Positions 1 through 13,291 of a stretch of DNA of 64,000 nucleotides are shown here, piece by piece. A program made the position numbers and the translations under genes. Source of the stretch: Octopus vulgaris (Eukaryota). Location: contig OX597821.1 in assembly GCA_951406725.2 (NCBI GenBank), positions 14,818,001-14,882,000 of the forward strand, read 5' to 3'. The notes beneath the pieces are model-generated. The model was given only the letters and a program-made list of their open reading frames with translations, had not been told where the DNA came from and did no database searches. Every line of letters starts with the position of its first letter. Position 1 is the stretch's first letter.

Positions 1-187
1 CGTAACCATTAGTCACTATCACCAGACATTAACTTTATTACTCTGAATATATATACACATACACTCACACATGTGGTATATATGTATGTATGTCTATGCA
101 TATATGCATGAATATAAGTACACACACACACACATATATATATATATTGATAGACACACACATATACACTTATACATGTATATATAC

Positions 188-400
188 CAGTGGTTTTCAA
201 CCAGGGTTCCGTGGAACCTTAGGGTTCCGCCAGTACAGTCCAGGAGTTCTGCAAGAAGTTACAAAAATGCTAAAATCGACTAATTTTTAATTCTCCTGTG
301 CAGATATGTGTGCATAAGACAAATTATTGCACAGGGGTTCCTCGAGCCAGTGGAATGTTTCCTTGGGGTTCCGCTCCAGCAAAAAGGTTGAAAAGCACTG
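188..400. mobile_element. hAT-type MITE, 213 bp
   Basis: 15-bp TIRs CAGTGGTTTTCAACC / GGTTGAAAAGCACTG (1 mismatch); perfect 8-bp TSD ATATATAC at 180-187 and 401-408. Confidence 0.9.
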
Positions 401-935
401 ATATATACAAATATAGATAGCATATAGTCATGTGTCATACACACACATATACATATATGTTTATACATACATACTGTTTACATACATAAATGTGTGTGTT
501 TGTTGTTTAGCATGAACCTATTACATAACACATGGGACCCCAGCAAAGTATAATATTTTGTTACTTAGGTTTTAAACCTTCTGTAAATGACCATGTGTAA
601 TGAATTAACAACTCATATAAAACTTATACTCATATGCATTATTGTTATATCATCTCGCTGTAAAATTACGTCGCCCCGTATTTATCAGTTTAAGATGATA
701 GTACAAAACAAAGCAATCACTATTATGTAATACTTGTATTGCTTCTGATATCATGGAAGTTAGTAACAAAAATGTACACAATTCTAAATGTAAATATTTG
801 TGACTGACAGATACCTAAGCTAGGGACCCAGCAATAATTACTAGAATACCACAGTGTATTTGAACTCATTTGTTTCATATCTCACGCGATAAGAATTATT
901 GTGAGGATCACCCCGAGTCATCGGCTTGACATTCA

Positions 936-1375
936 TTATAATAATAATAATAATAATAAAACATTGTGTACAGTGCTCAGGTGCACTACAACTCATCTAA
1001 AGTGTATGTATAGTACATAGGGTAACGTACAAGCGTCAGGAAAAGAACAGTGCATGAGTCATGACAGACACATATGTGTATGAGTATGGAAGGGGGACAA
1101 TCAGGTGTAGTTTCGGCGGATTTCGGAAAGCATGAGGGCCTTAAAGGATGCAGTGACATGGCAGTCAACAACTGACGCAGGCAGTTTGTTCCATGCTTCA
1201 GCAACTCTGAGCGTGAAAAAATGTTTCCGAAAGTCATGGGAGCTGTGCTGTTTTCTGACTTTGTAGGCATGTCCACGTGTGTTGGACACATGGAGATCAA
1301 AAAGGTGTTCAGTGTTGTTGTTGGTGAGGTGGTTGATAACTTTGTGGGTGTTTACCAAGTCCATCGCCAGACGCC
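936..1375 (-). mobile_element. 5'-truncated CR1-group LINE: ORF2 C-terminus, 3' UTR and (ATT)n tail
   Basis: ORF 1101-1364(-) reads TRGHAYKV...RKHFFTLRVAEAWNKLP...SFK, the typical CR1 ORF2 end; (AAT)n run at ~936-959 is the tail. Confidence 0.85.
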
Positions 1376-2471
1376 TTTATTATTAACGGGTCTTCTTTGA
1401 TGATGACTTCTCTTAAGGCTCAACGTATACTCTCTTCGTCTGTTACTGTTAGTTAATTATTAATGCAGGTGCTCTCGCCAAATTAAATAAATAAACTCAA
1501 ATAAAATTATGGGCTACGAGGTTATAAAGTTTCGGTCTTATTAGGGAAATTGTTGTTGATAATAGAAAAGAAATTCCTCACAGAATACCGTTCTGGATTA
1601 TAAGAGAATGTCTAATTTAATTTATACTTCTTTATTATCGTTCTACAACTTTCTGTTAACGAAATTATCTGAAACTATTCTAAATGCAAATTATTTTGGA
1701 AGGGAAGTAACTTCATTATTACTATAGGTTGTTTAAGTTACGTCCCTTTATACATTCATTAAACTTGTAATTAACTTTTAAAATTCACGTATGCCTGGAT
1801 ATTTTGTAGCCTTCTGTTATTTTGAAAAAAATTTAATTTAGAATGAGAAAATTTCCCGAGTGAAAAACGAATTTATTACGTTGCTCATCGCGTTCTTCGC
1901 TGCTGATATGTATTTTCAAAATTCACAGAAATTTGAATTCTCAGCACGCTTCCAGTACTTGACCGATTGAGATGTTTTCTCTAACTGTATAACGATATTT
2001 TTTTCGCTCTACTAAATACTGACTGGTAGGATTTCGTGCACTATGTTAAATATAACAAAATTAAGTACTTCTGGATTAACTGCATACATTGAAGCATTAA
2101 GCTAAATAATTTCACTTGATATGCTTTATCAATACATGCATTTCACTTCAATTGTGTTAGTTTTCAATTATCTCAGAAAATAACTATAGCAGCGATATTA
2201 CATCCGTCTGTCCGTCCATCCATACATGCATACATATATACATCTTTCAGATTTTTTTCTATTCGTTTAAACAAATTTCAGCTTTAAAGGGATAAAATTG
2301 AAATGCCTTTTGTAATTTCATAGTTTGCATAATGAGAATATTCTTAGAGAATATCTGGAATTAATCCAGCTTGCAATTTAAATTAATAGCAATGAATATA
2401 AAAAAGAAATCTTTCAAGAGGATCGTTTATAAAATATATGAATATACCTGGACATATATAAATACACACAC

Positions 2472-2529
<58 letters not shown>

Positions 2530-2645
2530 GGATTAGAACGAACAGACTCGCTATTGATAGATATAAAATGAAACTACAGCAGTGGCATTTCCAATATATC
2601 TTAACTGTAGGATGTGGGGAAGATGAACATTATTTTATTCCGAGA

Positions 2646-3143
2646 CTAGCAGTATCGCCCGGCGTTGCTCGGGTTTGTAAGGGAAATAACTATATAAGCA
2701 TTTTTAGAGAGTTATAGCCAAAATATAGAAAAAAATGCATTAAAAATGGAAAAAAAATGATGGTAATTTTTTTTTAATCGTTGACTCATCGTAGACATTT
2801 TTAGAGAGTTACTTCCCTTATATAATAGCGAAAAAATGCATTAAAAATGGGAGAAAATGATGGTAATTTTTTTTTTAAATCGTTGACTCATCGTAGACAT
2901 TTTTAGAGAGTTACTTCCCTTATATAATAGCGAAAAAATGCATTAAAATGGAAAAAAATGATGGTAAATTTTTTTTTGAAATCGTAGACTCATCGTAGAC
3001 GCGCACTTATACCCAGAAGGGCTCGATATGAATCACGACTATAAGATACCCGGTTTTGGTTAAAATGCACCGCAAAATGTGGGAGTAGTTAGGAATCTAA
3101 ATCATAGGAGACAGACACACAACTTGGCTTTTATTTATAAAGA
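2646..3143 (-). mobile_element. Non-autonomous Helitron, copy 1, with three ~100-bp internal repeat units
   Basis: Minus strand begins TC and ends CTAG, sits between A and T, has the GC-rich subterminal hairpin CCCGAGCAACGCCGGG and no TSD; two more copies in the window. Confidence 0.85.
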
Positions 3144-3151
3144 TATATGCG

Positions 3152-3582
3152 ATAATTCTTTCTTAAAGCGTGGCCTAGACGCCGCAATCTTCCTTTCCTA
3201 AGCTCGAGCCAGCGCGGCTAGACCGAAGGACGGTAAAAGGCCTGACGGTACGACAAATTTCCCGTTCCGTGGCAGTAGGTCTCACATCTGGGATGTCACA
3301 TACTGTGAAATCTCCTCCAGCGGTAACTTGGTGAGTTTAGTTACCTGCCAAGACTCTGCTGCAAAGTGTTAAATTACGGTCGCTCTCTGACAGGTTAATG
3401 GTTGAGCCTGTGGCAATGAAGACCCCCGGCGTTCTCGGCCCTTGGACCATATTCCTGCTCACCGTTATCGGGGTGGAGACGGCTATATATAAGTGCGAGC
3501 TCTGTGAGTTAGAGTAGCTGTTCCAGTACATCTCCATCGCCATCCTCCGGGCAACACCTTTTCCATCTTGTCTGCTTGGACC
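3152..3582 (+). pseudogene. Degraded restriction-like endonuclease C-terminus of a CRE-like non-LTR retrotransposon
   Basis: Manual translation across frameshifts and stops: NSFLKRGLDAA..LEPARLDR..DGKRPDGTTNFPFRGSRSHIWDVT..EPVAMKTPGVLGP..LFQYISIAILRxN, matching the RPDG/WDVT/PxAxETxG/SIAIQRGN motifs. Confidence 0.75.
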
Positions 3583-3929
3583 ATGAGGCGGTCTGAATAA
3601 CAGGAAATCGAGAGAAGCTTACTACACTCATTAATTTCCTATTCATAAATCATTGTTTCTGAGGTAAGCCCATAGCCAAAATTTGGCAAGTTGGGGTTTA
3701 GTCGATGAAATCTCCCTAAATACTTGTCTACCTAATTTTGGCCCTAATTGTCCCAAATTTTGTCTACCCGGGGTATCATTTGAACCGAGAAGGAATGAGA
3801 GCAAATGCTATAAAACATTTTGTCAAAAGCTCTCGCGATTCAGCCAATCCACCATCTTCTCCATTTTCTCAAGAATCACTAATGAAGCCAGTAAACATAT
3901 AATTAATACTATGCAATAGGTTCACCACA

Positions 3930-4345
3930 AGGCCTTGTCATTGATGCTTTGTGGTGACTTGTGTGTCTCAATAACCTTGAGAACTATTCCAGTAGAGCGG
4001 AAGCTATTGGTAGGGCTTCCTAAGCTGGACAAATCAAAAGATAGGGGCTACACTACAATGGACCACCTCTTCCCAGAAGTAAAAAATGGGTTTCCGTACT
4101 GCTAACATCTCTACCTACATACACAAAAAAAAGGCCGAGTTACAGAAGCAACGAGAACAATTCAAAACCAACAAGACCAGGTGGAGGAAGGCCTTTCCCT
4201 GGGAAAGGCAAGATACTGAGGCAGAACTGAAAAAGTAGGGATCCAAATGAGGAGATGCGGGAAAGACAGCTGAGTCATGAAGAGTGGAGAGAAGTCGTCG
4301 ATAGTGAAGGACTTCATTGGGAGTGAAGGGCTTCAGTAAGTACAC
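3930..4345 (+). mobile_element. Degraded RTE-clade LINE relic: 5' UTR-like piece next to the ORF end
   Basis: ~4212-4300 reads DTEAELKK*GSK*GDAGKTA..EWREVVD (RTE C-terminal pattern) followed by a TAAGT-like tail; the upstream part resembles RTE 5' UTRs. Confidence 0.45.
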
Positions 4346-4528
4346 AATGGGCACGAGGCTCAATAACAAGAAAAACTAAGAAAAAGTGAGACTAAGAAAT
4401 TTAGCCTCAGAAGAATTTAACCATTGAAGAATTGTTAAATCTTCTGTGTTTTAGACATTATTATATACAAAAGGACCCAAGTCGCATTACCATTTAGTAT
4501 ATATATATATATATATATACATATGTAT

Positions 4529-4977
4529 ACTCTTTTACTTGTTTCAGTCATTTTGATTGCGGCCATGCTGGAGCACCGCCTTTAGTCGAGCAAATCGACC
4601 CCGGGACTTATTCTTTTTGTAAGCCCAGTACTTATTCTATCGGTCTCTTTTGCCGAACCGCTAAGTGACGGGGAGGTAAACACACCAGCATCAGTTGTCA
4701 AGCAATGCTAGGGGGTCAAACACAGACACACAAACATACATACATACATACATACATACATACATACATACATACATACATACATACATACACACATATA
4801 TATATACATATATACGACAGGCTTCTTTTAGTTTCCGTCTACCAAATCCACTCACAAGGCATTGGTCGGCCCGGGGCTATAGCAGAAGACACTTGCCCAA
4901 GATGCCACGCAGTGGGACTGAACCCGGCCCATGTGGTTGGTTAGCAAGCTACTTACCACACAGCCACTCTTGCGCTT
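4529..4977 (-). mobile_element. SINE family A (tRNA head, CORE-like block, central microsatellite, (GTAAAAGA)n tail), full length
   Basis: A box TGGCTGTGTGG, B box GGTTCAGTCC, CTTGGGCAAGTG block, internal (TATG)n; more than 15 related copies or fragments in the window. Probably one of the described octopus OK/OR SINEs, name not verified. Confidence 0.9.
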
Positions 4978-4989
4978 ATATATATATAT

Positions 4990-5200
4990 TACTTTCAAAT
5001 TTTGGCACAAGGCCAACAATTTTAGGGGAAGGGTTAAGTCGGTTACATCGCGCCCAGTGCTCTACTGGCATGTATTTTATCGACCCCGGAAGGACGAAAG
5101 GTAAAGTCGACCTTGACGGAATTTGAACTCAGAACGTTATAACGGACGAAATGCTGCTAAGCATTTTATCCGGCGTGCTAGCGTTTATGCTAACTCGTTA
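4990..5200 (-). mobile_element. SINE family C (tRNA head, Meta/MESC-like central domain), tail-2 type
   Basis: GAGTTCAAATTCCG B box, GTCGACTTTRCCTTTC..GGGGTCGATAAA.TA..CCAG domain, GGCCTTGTGCCAAAATTTGAAA tail. Confidence 0.8.
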
Positions 5201-5616
5201 TCTAATTTAGTATATTAGTATAAAATAGTAGCTTGGCTTTTTGGATCATTCTGTACATTTTATGTAAAACTACTCCCTTTTGAAATTAATCTACCAGTCG
5301 GTCAGTATCTATACTGTCAGTAATGTAATTATTATATTAATGTTCTAAGATTTATTATGCATTGATGTATGTCCGCGAAATCCTAAGATAGGTGGAAAGG
5401 GAACGTTTTCAGCATTTCAATCATGACAGAAAAACAAATTGATATGTAAGATATATAAAGTGGCTCAGTTCGAGAATAGCAGCAACAAAAGAGGGACGGG
5501 GTTCATCTAACCAGTTGTTTGACCTGTTAGAAATAATAACAATAATTTATCTCCTTCCACAGTAGTAGTGTTTTAAACAAAGGGATATATCGTGTGTGTG
5601 TGTGTGGTTTTTTCTT

Positions 5617-6001
5617 TCATTCTTCTATTTGTTTCAGTCATTTGACTGCGGCCATGCTGGAGCACCGCCGTTAGTCGAACAAATCGCCCCCAGGACTTAT
5701 TCTTTGTAAGCCTACTACTTATTCTATCGATCTCTTATGCCGAACCGCTAAGTTACGGGGACGTAAACACACTAAAATCGGTTGTCAAGCGATAGTGTGA
5801 GAGGGGGGAGGGATAAACAGACACACACACACACAAATATATATATATATATACAACGAGCTTCCTTCAGTTTCCGTCTATCAAATCCACTTAGAAGGCC
5901 TGAGGCCATAGTAAAAGCCACTTGCCCAAGGTACTATGCAGTGGAACTGAACCCGGAACCATGTGGTTGGGAGCCAAGCTTTTTACCACACAGCCACTCC
6001 T
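5617..6001 (-). mobile_element. SINE family A, abutting an opposite-strand family A tail fragment (6003-6163)
   Basis: Colinear with 4529-4977. Confidence 0.85.
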
Positions 6002-6202
6002 GTTTATGGTCTCGTAATTAGCGGTTCGGCAAAAAGTGGCGATGAAATAAGTACTTAGCTTAAGAAAAACACACCGGAATCGATTTGTTCGGCTAAACCC
6101 GTCAAGACGGTGTCCCAACACTATCGCAGTCTAGCGACTGAAACAAATAGAAAATAAAAGATAATATATACATTAAGTAGCTATAATATATAAGATAAAG
6201 TA

Positions 6203-6261
<59 letters not shown>

Positions 6262-6737
6262 GAGAAAGAGAGAGAGTATTTAGTCTCTTATGCTGAGATT
6301 GATAGTTGGAAAACAAAATCAGGACCAGTAACTTATAAACAAAAACTCGATTATTTCCCCTTGGAAGTATTTTGGGTGAGATTTTTCTGTACTGAAAATA
6401 ATAAAATAATCTAATCTTACATTAAAAACGTTATTTACTATTTTTACACTTATAACTAATTAAGAAGCTAAGCGAACTGGCGCTAAAGGAAACTAGATGA
6501 GAGGATTTATAGCTCTCAATTTGGTGTTTTACACACCATCCTTTTATAGCTGAATAATGTTTCAATTATTGATGTGGAGCATTGGATGTAGAAAGTACGT
6601 CGATTCTTCTTCAGATTTCTTTTCTCCTTTTTTCGTTTCAGTCATTACACCGCATCCATGCTAGGGCACAGCCTTAAAGTATTTTTAGTCGAATGAATCG
6701 ACTCCAGTCCATATTTTTTTGTTAAGCCTTGTACTTA

Positions 6738-7164
6738 CTAATAATCTTTTCTACTCTAGGCACAAGGCCCGAAATTTTTGGGGAGGTGGCTAGTTGATTT
6801 GATCGACCACAGTACGCAACTGTTACTTAATTTATCGACCCAGTACGAAACTGGTACTTAATTTATCGACCCTGAAATACCTATTTCTTTACTAGGTATT
6901 TGAACTCAGAACGTAACGGCAGACGAAATACCTATTTCTTTACTACCCACAGGGGCTAAACACAGAGGGGACAAACAAGGACAGACAAACGGATTAAGTC
7001 GATTACATCGACCCCAGTGAGTAACTAGTACTTAATTTATCGACCCCGAAAGGTTGAAAGGTAAAGTCGACCTCGGCGGAATTTGAACTCAGAACGTAGC
7101 GACAGACGAAATACTGCTAAGCATTTTGCTCGGCGTGCTAACGTTTCTGCCAGCTCGCCGCCTT
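6738..7164 (-). mobile_element. Composite SINE family C (head, tail-1 unit, remnant unit, tail-2 end) inserted in a family A relic
   Basis: TSD CTTGTACTTA at 6728-6737 and 7165-7174; junction GAAATAC|CTATTTCTTT present twice (~6880, ~6930). Confidence 0.8.
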
Positions 7165-7172
7165 CTTGTACT

Positions 7173-7221
7173 TAATAATAATATTGAAATAGTTGTATAC
7201 AGTGCTCAGGTTCACTACAAC
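7173..7221 (-). mobile_element. ~50-bp extreme 3' end of the CR1 family seen at 936-1375
   Basis: TACAGTGCTCAGGTTCACTACAAC plus (AAT)n matches 969-992 with one mismatch. Confidence 0.6.
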
Positions 7222-7534
7222 ATTAATGTCTTTCTGCCCAAACGTTTGGTTACAAGGACGTTAACACACCAACACCGGTTGTCAAGCAGTAGTCGGGGAA
7301 TTATCTTTTTTTTTGTTAATGTTTTAGTCATGCAAATAAGCTGTTCCCATAACCCTTTACACACAGGGGAGAGGGAGTGAAGGAAGAAGGGAAGTATCTT
7401 CTAGCCAATCTTAATATGTGCAACAAAGTGGACCCTACTATAAACCCCCGGGGACTAAATAGTGCTGCTGTGGTGGTGTTAAATCTGGTGACGTTTTCCC
7501 TCGGTATCTTTAACGGGGTTCACTGTTGAAAGCA

Positions 7535-7840
7535 TTCGTGAAATTAACGTGTAAGTGGCTGAGCACTCCACAGACACGTGTACCCTTAACGTAGTTCTCG
7601 GGGATATTCAGCGTGACACAGAGAGTGACAAGGCCGGCCCTTTGAAATACAGGTACAACAGAAACAGGAAGTAAGAGTGAGAGAAAGTTGGGGTGAAAGA
7701 GTACAGCAGGGATCACCACCATCCCCTGCCGCAGCCTCGTGGAGCTTTAGGTGTTTTCGCTCAATAAACACTCACAACGCCCGGTCTGGGAATCGAAACC
7801 GCGAGTCCGCTGCCCTAACCACTGAGCCATTGCGCCTCCA
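7535..7840 (-). mobile_element. SINE family B, long-tail type, 3' truncated
   Basis: Head GTGGAGGCGCAATGGCTCAGTGGTTAGGGCAGCGGACTCGCGG..GTTTCGATTCC; colinear with 38053-38433. Confidence 0.85.
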
Positions 7841-8899
7841 CGACAGACAGATAGCCGTAAATGAATAAACAAAATAGAGTCATATTAACTTCCTCCATAT
7901 CCTTTACAAGTATTCCTTTCTAGAAAATGTTTTGATACACCCTTAAGCACCCAGGTTATTATCACAGGTGATTGTGAAAGTGATGCACAGAACATTAAAT
8001 GGTATTTTAAATTTCCTCTATACATAACGGTTGACAGCTGTCAGGTAGCATTACATTTTCCATTCAAGTAATCATAACATTTCACTTTTAACACAGCTAT
8101 AAATGAATAAATTAATAAATTAATAACTGAGTTAATAAATGTGACACAATTTTTAACATAAAAAAACGGTGTTTATTCATATTTTTCGGTTTAATTTCTT
8201 TTGATTTTATTTTAATAAACTATGCACGTAAAAGTATGTATGATAGATTCGAAGTGTTGAACAGAGTAATATGTAAGAAGTCAAACGAATAATATTTTTC
8301 ACAAAATTCCAGTATGATTGTCCAAATATCTTGGATGATATTAGATTTGTAAGATGGACCTTTATGATTCTTATAGAAATAAAATCCATTTCAACAACAT
8401 AACAACGAAGCTTTATTATCAAAACCGATCGAAGATATAAAAAGAAACAAAACAAAAACCGACACAAAATAATATAAAATGGCCCTAAACCTTATTTAAT
8501 GAACATATTAAATATCTCAATCAAATATTCTTTTGATTTTAAATAGCTTATTATTTCACAAGAGAGACGCATTATTTCCCTTACGTGAGGGTTATGTCCC
8601 TTCGTTTACAAATTATTAAGATTATTTCTTAAAACATGTTTCCCGTCTAACTTTTTCTCATTTTTTATACTCATTTTCAAATCAAAGTACAAGAATCTAA
8701 AACTTTAGATTCTATATTCCTGATATTAATTGAACTTAGTGAATTCTTCTATCGGTAACATATTCTGCACGGATAAGGTATATAAAAATGTGTCGTCACT
8801 GATGTTATCAGGGTAGGTGGTGAATCCACGTGAAGGAAGACATCGAGTAATACATACATACATATGTATACACACGCATATATGTGCATGCATAACCAG

Positions 8900-8943
<44 letters not shown>

Positions 8944-8963
8944 CATACACACACACATATATA

Positions 8964-9016
<53 letters not shown>

Positions 9017-9203
9017 TATAATAAAGGGTTAATTGCAACAAGTTGCTCAAAACCACATACCGAAAATATTAGAAATAGCACCCTAAATTGATCGCTGTTT
9101 CTCCTACTATTAAAAAAAGTCTCCACAAACAAACAGAATTTGTAACCCGTATATGGCAAAACGAAAGAAAATAACGAAATCTCAGCCCATGGATTAAATT
9201 TTT

Positions 9204-9259
<56 letters not shown>

Positions 9260-9534
9260 GGAGGGATAGAGAGAAGAAAGAGAGAGAGAGAGAGGCTGAG
9301 AAAGAGAGAGAGAGAAGGATCAATCCCAATATTGAACTAGCATCTCCACCTGTCACCTTAAGGGACCAAAGCTTTAGGAATTCCCTCTCTATTGCAAAAC
9401 TTGGGGCCATATCTCCAGTTTAAGGCTAGCTTGTTTCCTCCTACCCACTCGTCCGTGAAAAGGTCCGAGGCGCTGTCTTTTTTCCTGACAAAAAAAAAAA
9501 AAATCTGTTATTTGGTATAATCCATACTATTGAC

Positions 9535-9965
9535 TGGGAATGTCTGTGTGGTAAAAATGTTGCTTCCCACCTGCATGGTTCTGAGTTCTGCTCCAGTGTG
9601 TGGTATCTTGGGCAAATGTCTTATACTGCAGACCCGGATCGACTAAAGCCTCGTGACTGGATTTGGTAGAAAGAAAATAAAAGAAGCCCGTCGCGCGCGC
9701 GTGTGCGTGTGAGTATGTTGTTGTAGTGTGTGTATGTGTATCGTTGTGTTTGTGTTTGTCTTCCACCATTGCTTGACGTTCGGTGTTGGTTTGTTTCTAT
9801 CTCTGTAACTTATCTATTCGGTTAAAGAGACTAATAAAGTAGTTGACTGGAAAAAACCCCCCAAAAAAACCGTGTCATTGAAGGCGGTCTCCCAGTAATT
9901 CGTGCCATTCGAAGCGGTGTTCCGGCATGGTTGCAGTGCAATGACCGAAACAAGTTTAAAAAGAA
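9535..9965 (+). mobile_element. Old diverged SINE family A
   Basis: Recognisable head, CTTGGGCAAATG block and tail. Confidence 0.7.
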
Positions 9966-10177
9966 AAAAAAAAGATGAAAGATATTGGCAGAAGTCTTTT
10001 GAAGTCAAAGCTATAATGGAGTTTTGGCGAGAGAATGATTTAGAGAGCAAAATAAGATAGCAGCAAGCCAAAACCTTGAAGACGTCTCTCTTTTAGGATG
10101 TAATAAGTTCACATTATCAACGTTTGTACTTTTCTCATAAAAGTACAAACATCTTAAAAATATCATTTATGATTTAT

Positions 10178-10470
10178 CATTTACTTGTTCCAGTCATTGG
10201 ACGGCAGCCATGCTGGTGCACTAACTTAGAGTATGCCTAGCTCATCGACCCCAGTACTTATTTTTTAAGTCTGGTGCTTACTTCACTGGTTTGCTTTGCC
10301 GAACCCTTAATTTATGGGGACATAAACAAACCAGCACCAGTTGTCAAACGGTGGTTAGGACGAACACAAACACAATCACACACACATACACACACACACG
10401 CGCGCGTGCGGTGGGTTTCCACCAAATTCACTCCCAAGGATCGGTTGACCTGAGGTTAAGTAGAAGACCC
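10178..10470 (-). mobile_element. Old diverged SINE family A fragment
   Basis: Colinear tail and central part. Confidence 0.65.
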
Positions 10471-10678
10471 TTATACAGGGCCACTTGTCAAGCAGTGGTT
10501 GGAACAAACCCGTTTTATATAATCTAAAAATGTCGTGCCTGGATACATGGTTACTTATTTATCCTGGAGACGCGTGTTTCGGTCTTAAAACATACACCAA
10601 CCGAGTGACCCAATCTTTGTCTCACTGGCGTTCTATTGGCACCTCTAATCACGTCGTTTGAGCCAGAGCCATCAAGAC

Positions 10679-10935
10679 CAGTGCTTCTCAACCGGGATCC
10701 TTACGACCTTTAGAGGTTCACGTAAGATTTTGCTGTTAAAATTTTTGTACAATAAATTAGTTATACCTCTACAATGCACGAAATATTCTAACAATTGCTT
10801 TTATACAGTTCCTAGCAATATTTAACAATAAACATACAGAACTTTTTAAAACATCGAGTGGCTATGACAGTCCACCTGAAAAAAATATGAATCAAAGGAT
10901 ATCAAACAGGAATCAAAAATGGTTGAGACCCACTG
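10679..10935. mobile_element. hAT (Charlie-like) MITE, older
   Basis: TIRs CAGTGCTTCTCAACC / GGTTGAGACCCACTG; degenerate 8-bp TSD ATCAAGAC / ACCTAGAC resembling the NTCTAGAN target preference. Confidence 0.75.
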
Positions 10936-11899
10936 ACCTAGACTGACTGATCTTTTACTACTACTTTCTGAAATGCTCGGGGTTCCATGGGCCTAAGTGA
11001 AGGTACAACTAACGAATCTTCGACTGCCCACGCCCGCTGACAAACATCTGATCCTTCATCTATTCCTAAGAAAGTCTTCCATCTATATATAAAAAATATA
11101 TGTTACCTCAAAAAACAGAAATGATTCTATTTCATAAACGGCTTTTAATGCTCTGAGAAATGTATTTCCTCATGCACCAATTATAATTTTCCAGTACAAT
11201 AACTCACAACTATTTAAATAACAAATGCAATTTTTCTTCCTTTTGTTTTTTTTTAATCGTTAAAGAAGAAGGCTGCTGCCATACAAGTAAATGTCAAATG
11301 AGCATTTTAGCGGTACTTCATATATACAAGTTCTAATTTCATTACAAATGGTATTGGAATATTTGAAGTTGTCGAGGTACAAATACATTTTATATAATTT
11401 GGAAGAAACATATGACATTTCTTAATCTAAGGAATGCGTGAAAAAGCACAACAGACTCTATACAGGCAAGAAATAGAGAGAGAAGGATACTCCACACATA
11501 TATGCGCGCATACACACATACATACATATATATATATACATATATACACACATACACAGACATCCCTGAAACTTAAAGGTTCGGCGAAAAATCTGATGAA
11601 ATGAGTAAGGTCTAGGATTGACTTTTTCTATATACATACACACAAACATACAGACATACACACACACCTACATACATACATACATACATACATACATACA
11701 TACATACATACATACATACATACATACATACATACGTATACACACACATATTTTTATGTGAATACATGGCCAAGAGAGAAACTTTAATTACGTAATGTAC
11801 TTGTGGATCGCAGTCACTCGTCAACGAGGATTCAGTTATTTGATTGGCTTAATTAAAGTGTAAACAGTTGAGATTTCCACACTCAAATGTGTACAATTA

Positions 11900-12257
11900 T
11901 TTTTTAAAGCCTAGAACTTGTTCTAATGGTCTCTTTGCCGAACCATCAAGTAACGGGGACGTAAACACGTCAACACAGGTTATCATGTGGTATTGGTGGT
12001 ACATAAACACAGATACAAAGACCCTAACGTAGTAAAAAACATTTCTCTCTCTCTCTCTCACTGTGTGTGCGCGTGTGTATATATATATATATATGTACAT
12101 GTATATACGACGGGATTCTTTCAGCTTTCGCCTACCAAATCCACTCACAAGGCTTTGGTCAGCGCAAGACACTTGCCCAAGGTGTCACGCAGTGGGACTG
12201 AACCTAGAACCATGTGATTGGGAAGCCAGCTTCTTACCACACAGTCACGCCTGCACC
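11900..12257 (-). mobile_element. SINE family A, diverged
   Basis: Colinear with 4529-4977. Confidence 0.8.
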
Positions 12258-12905
12258 TTCTTACGTACCTGCATTTATGTTATGTGAACAGTTCTCTTAA
12301 ATGCTTAGGTATTTGTGTGTGTGTTTGTGTGTTTCTGAGTATGTATAATTGTGTTGTGTCATTGTAGATAGACACAACCAAGTGAGTGCATATATTCATT
12401 TAAAGAATCTCACAAGGAGAATCTTTCGAATGTAGTATATATTTTCATTGGACTGCGTAACAGATTTTTTATGTATGTATGTATGTATGTATGTATTTAT
12501 GTATGTATGTATGTATATACGTACGTACGTATGTATGTATGTACGTACGTATGTATGCATGTACGTATGTATGTATGTATGTATGTATGTATGTATGTAT
12601 GTATGTATGTATGTATGTATGTATGCTAAATGCACCTCGTTGGTTTCCCATGTATCCATGAACCCAAAGAATATAACACGGAAATAAGCTACATGTTTGC
12701 TGTATACTTGTGGACTGACCTACAAAGATTTACACATTTACCTGTTCAAGCTTATCATTAACGGCCATGCTGGGGCACTAGGGGCACCGGTATTATAAAA
12801 ATCAACGCAAGGACAATCCCTGACAAATACAGCTTTATAGCTTCATATATATAACCCGTATTCACCTGCCAAACTCTCTCTCTCTCTCTGTCACTGTCCC
12901 TCTCC

Positions 12906-13017
<112 letters not shown>

Positions 13018-13025
13018 TATACATG

Positions 13026-13086
<61 letters not shown>

Positions 13087-13177
13087 TTATCTACATATAT
13101 ATGTGTACACACACATATTTATCTATCCATGTATCTCTATATACATGCATACATACATACATACATACATACATGTG

Positions 13178-13224
<47 letters not shown>

Positions 13225-13291
13225 ATATATATTTCCTTTTTGGATTTGGTTTGCAAGATTCTTTATGTGAGTTCGCGTGTTGAAGCATATT

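Noticed and set aside
7307-7534. Poly(T)-bounded segment as a LINE 3' end
   Set aside because: No TSD or coding motif found; cannot be supported without a search
10550-10600. Hammerhead on the minus strand (CCGAAACACGCGTC)
   Set aside because: Only the 3' half is present; no CUGANGA upstream
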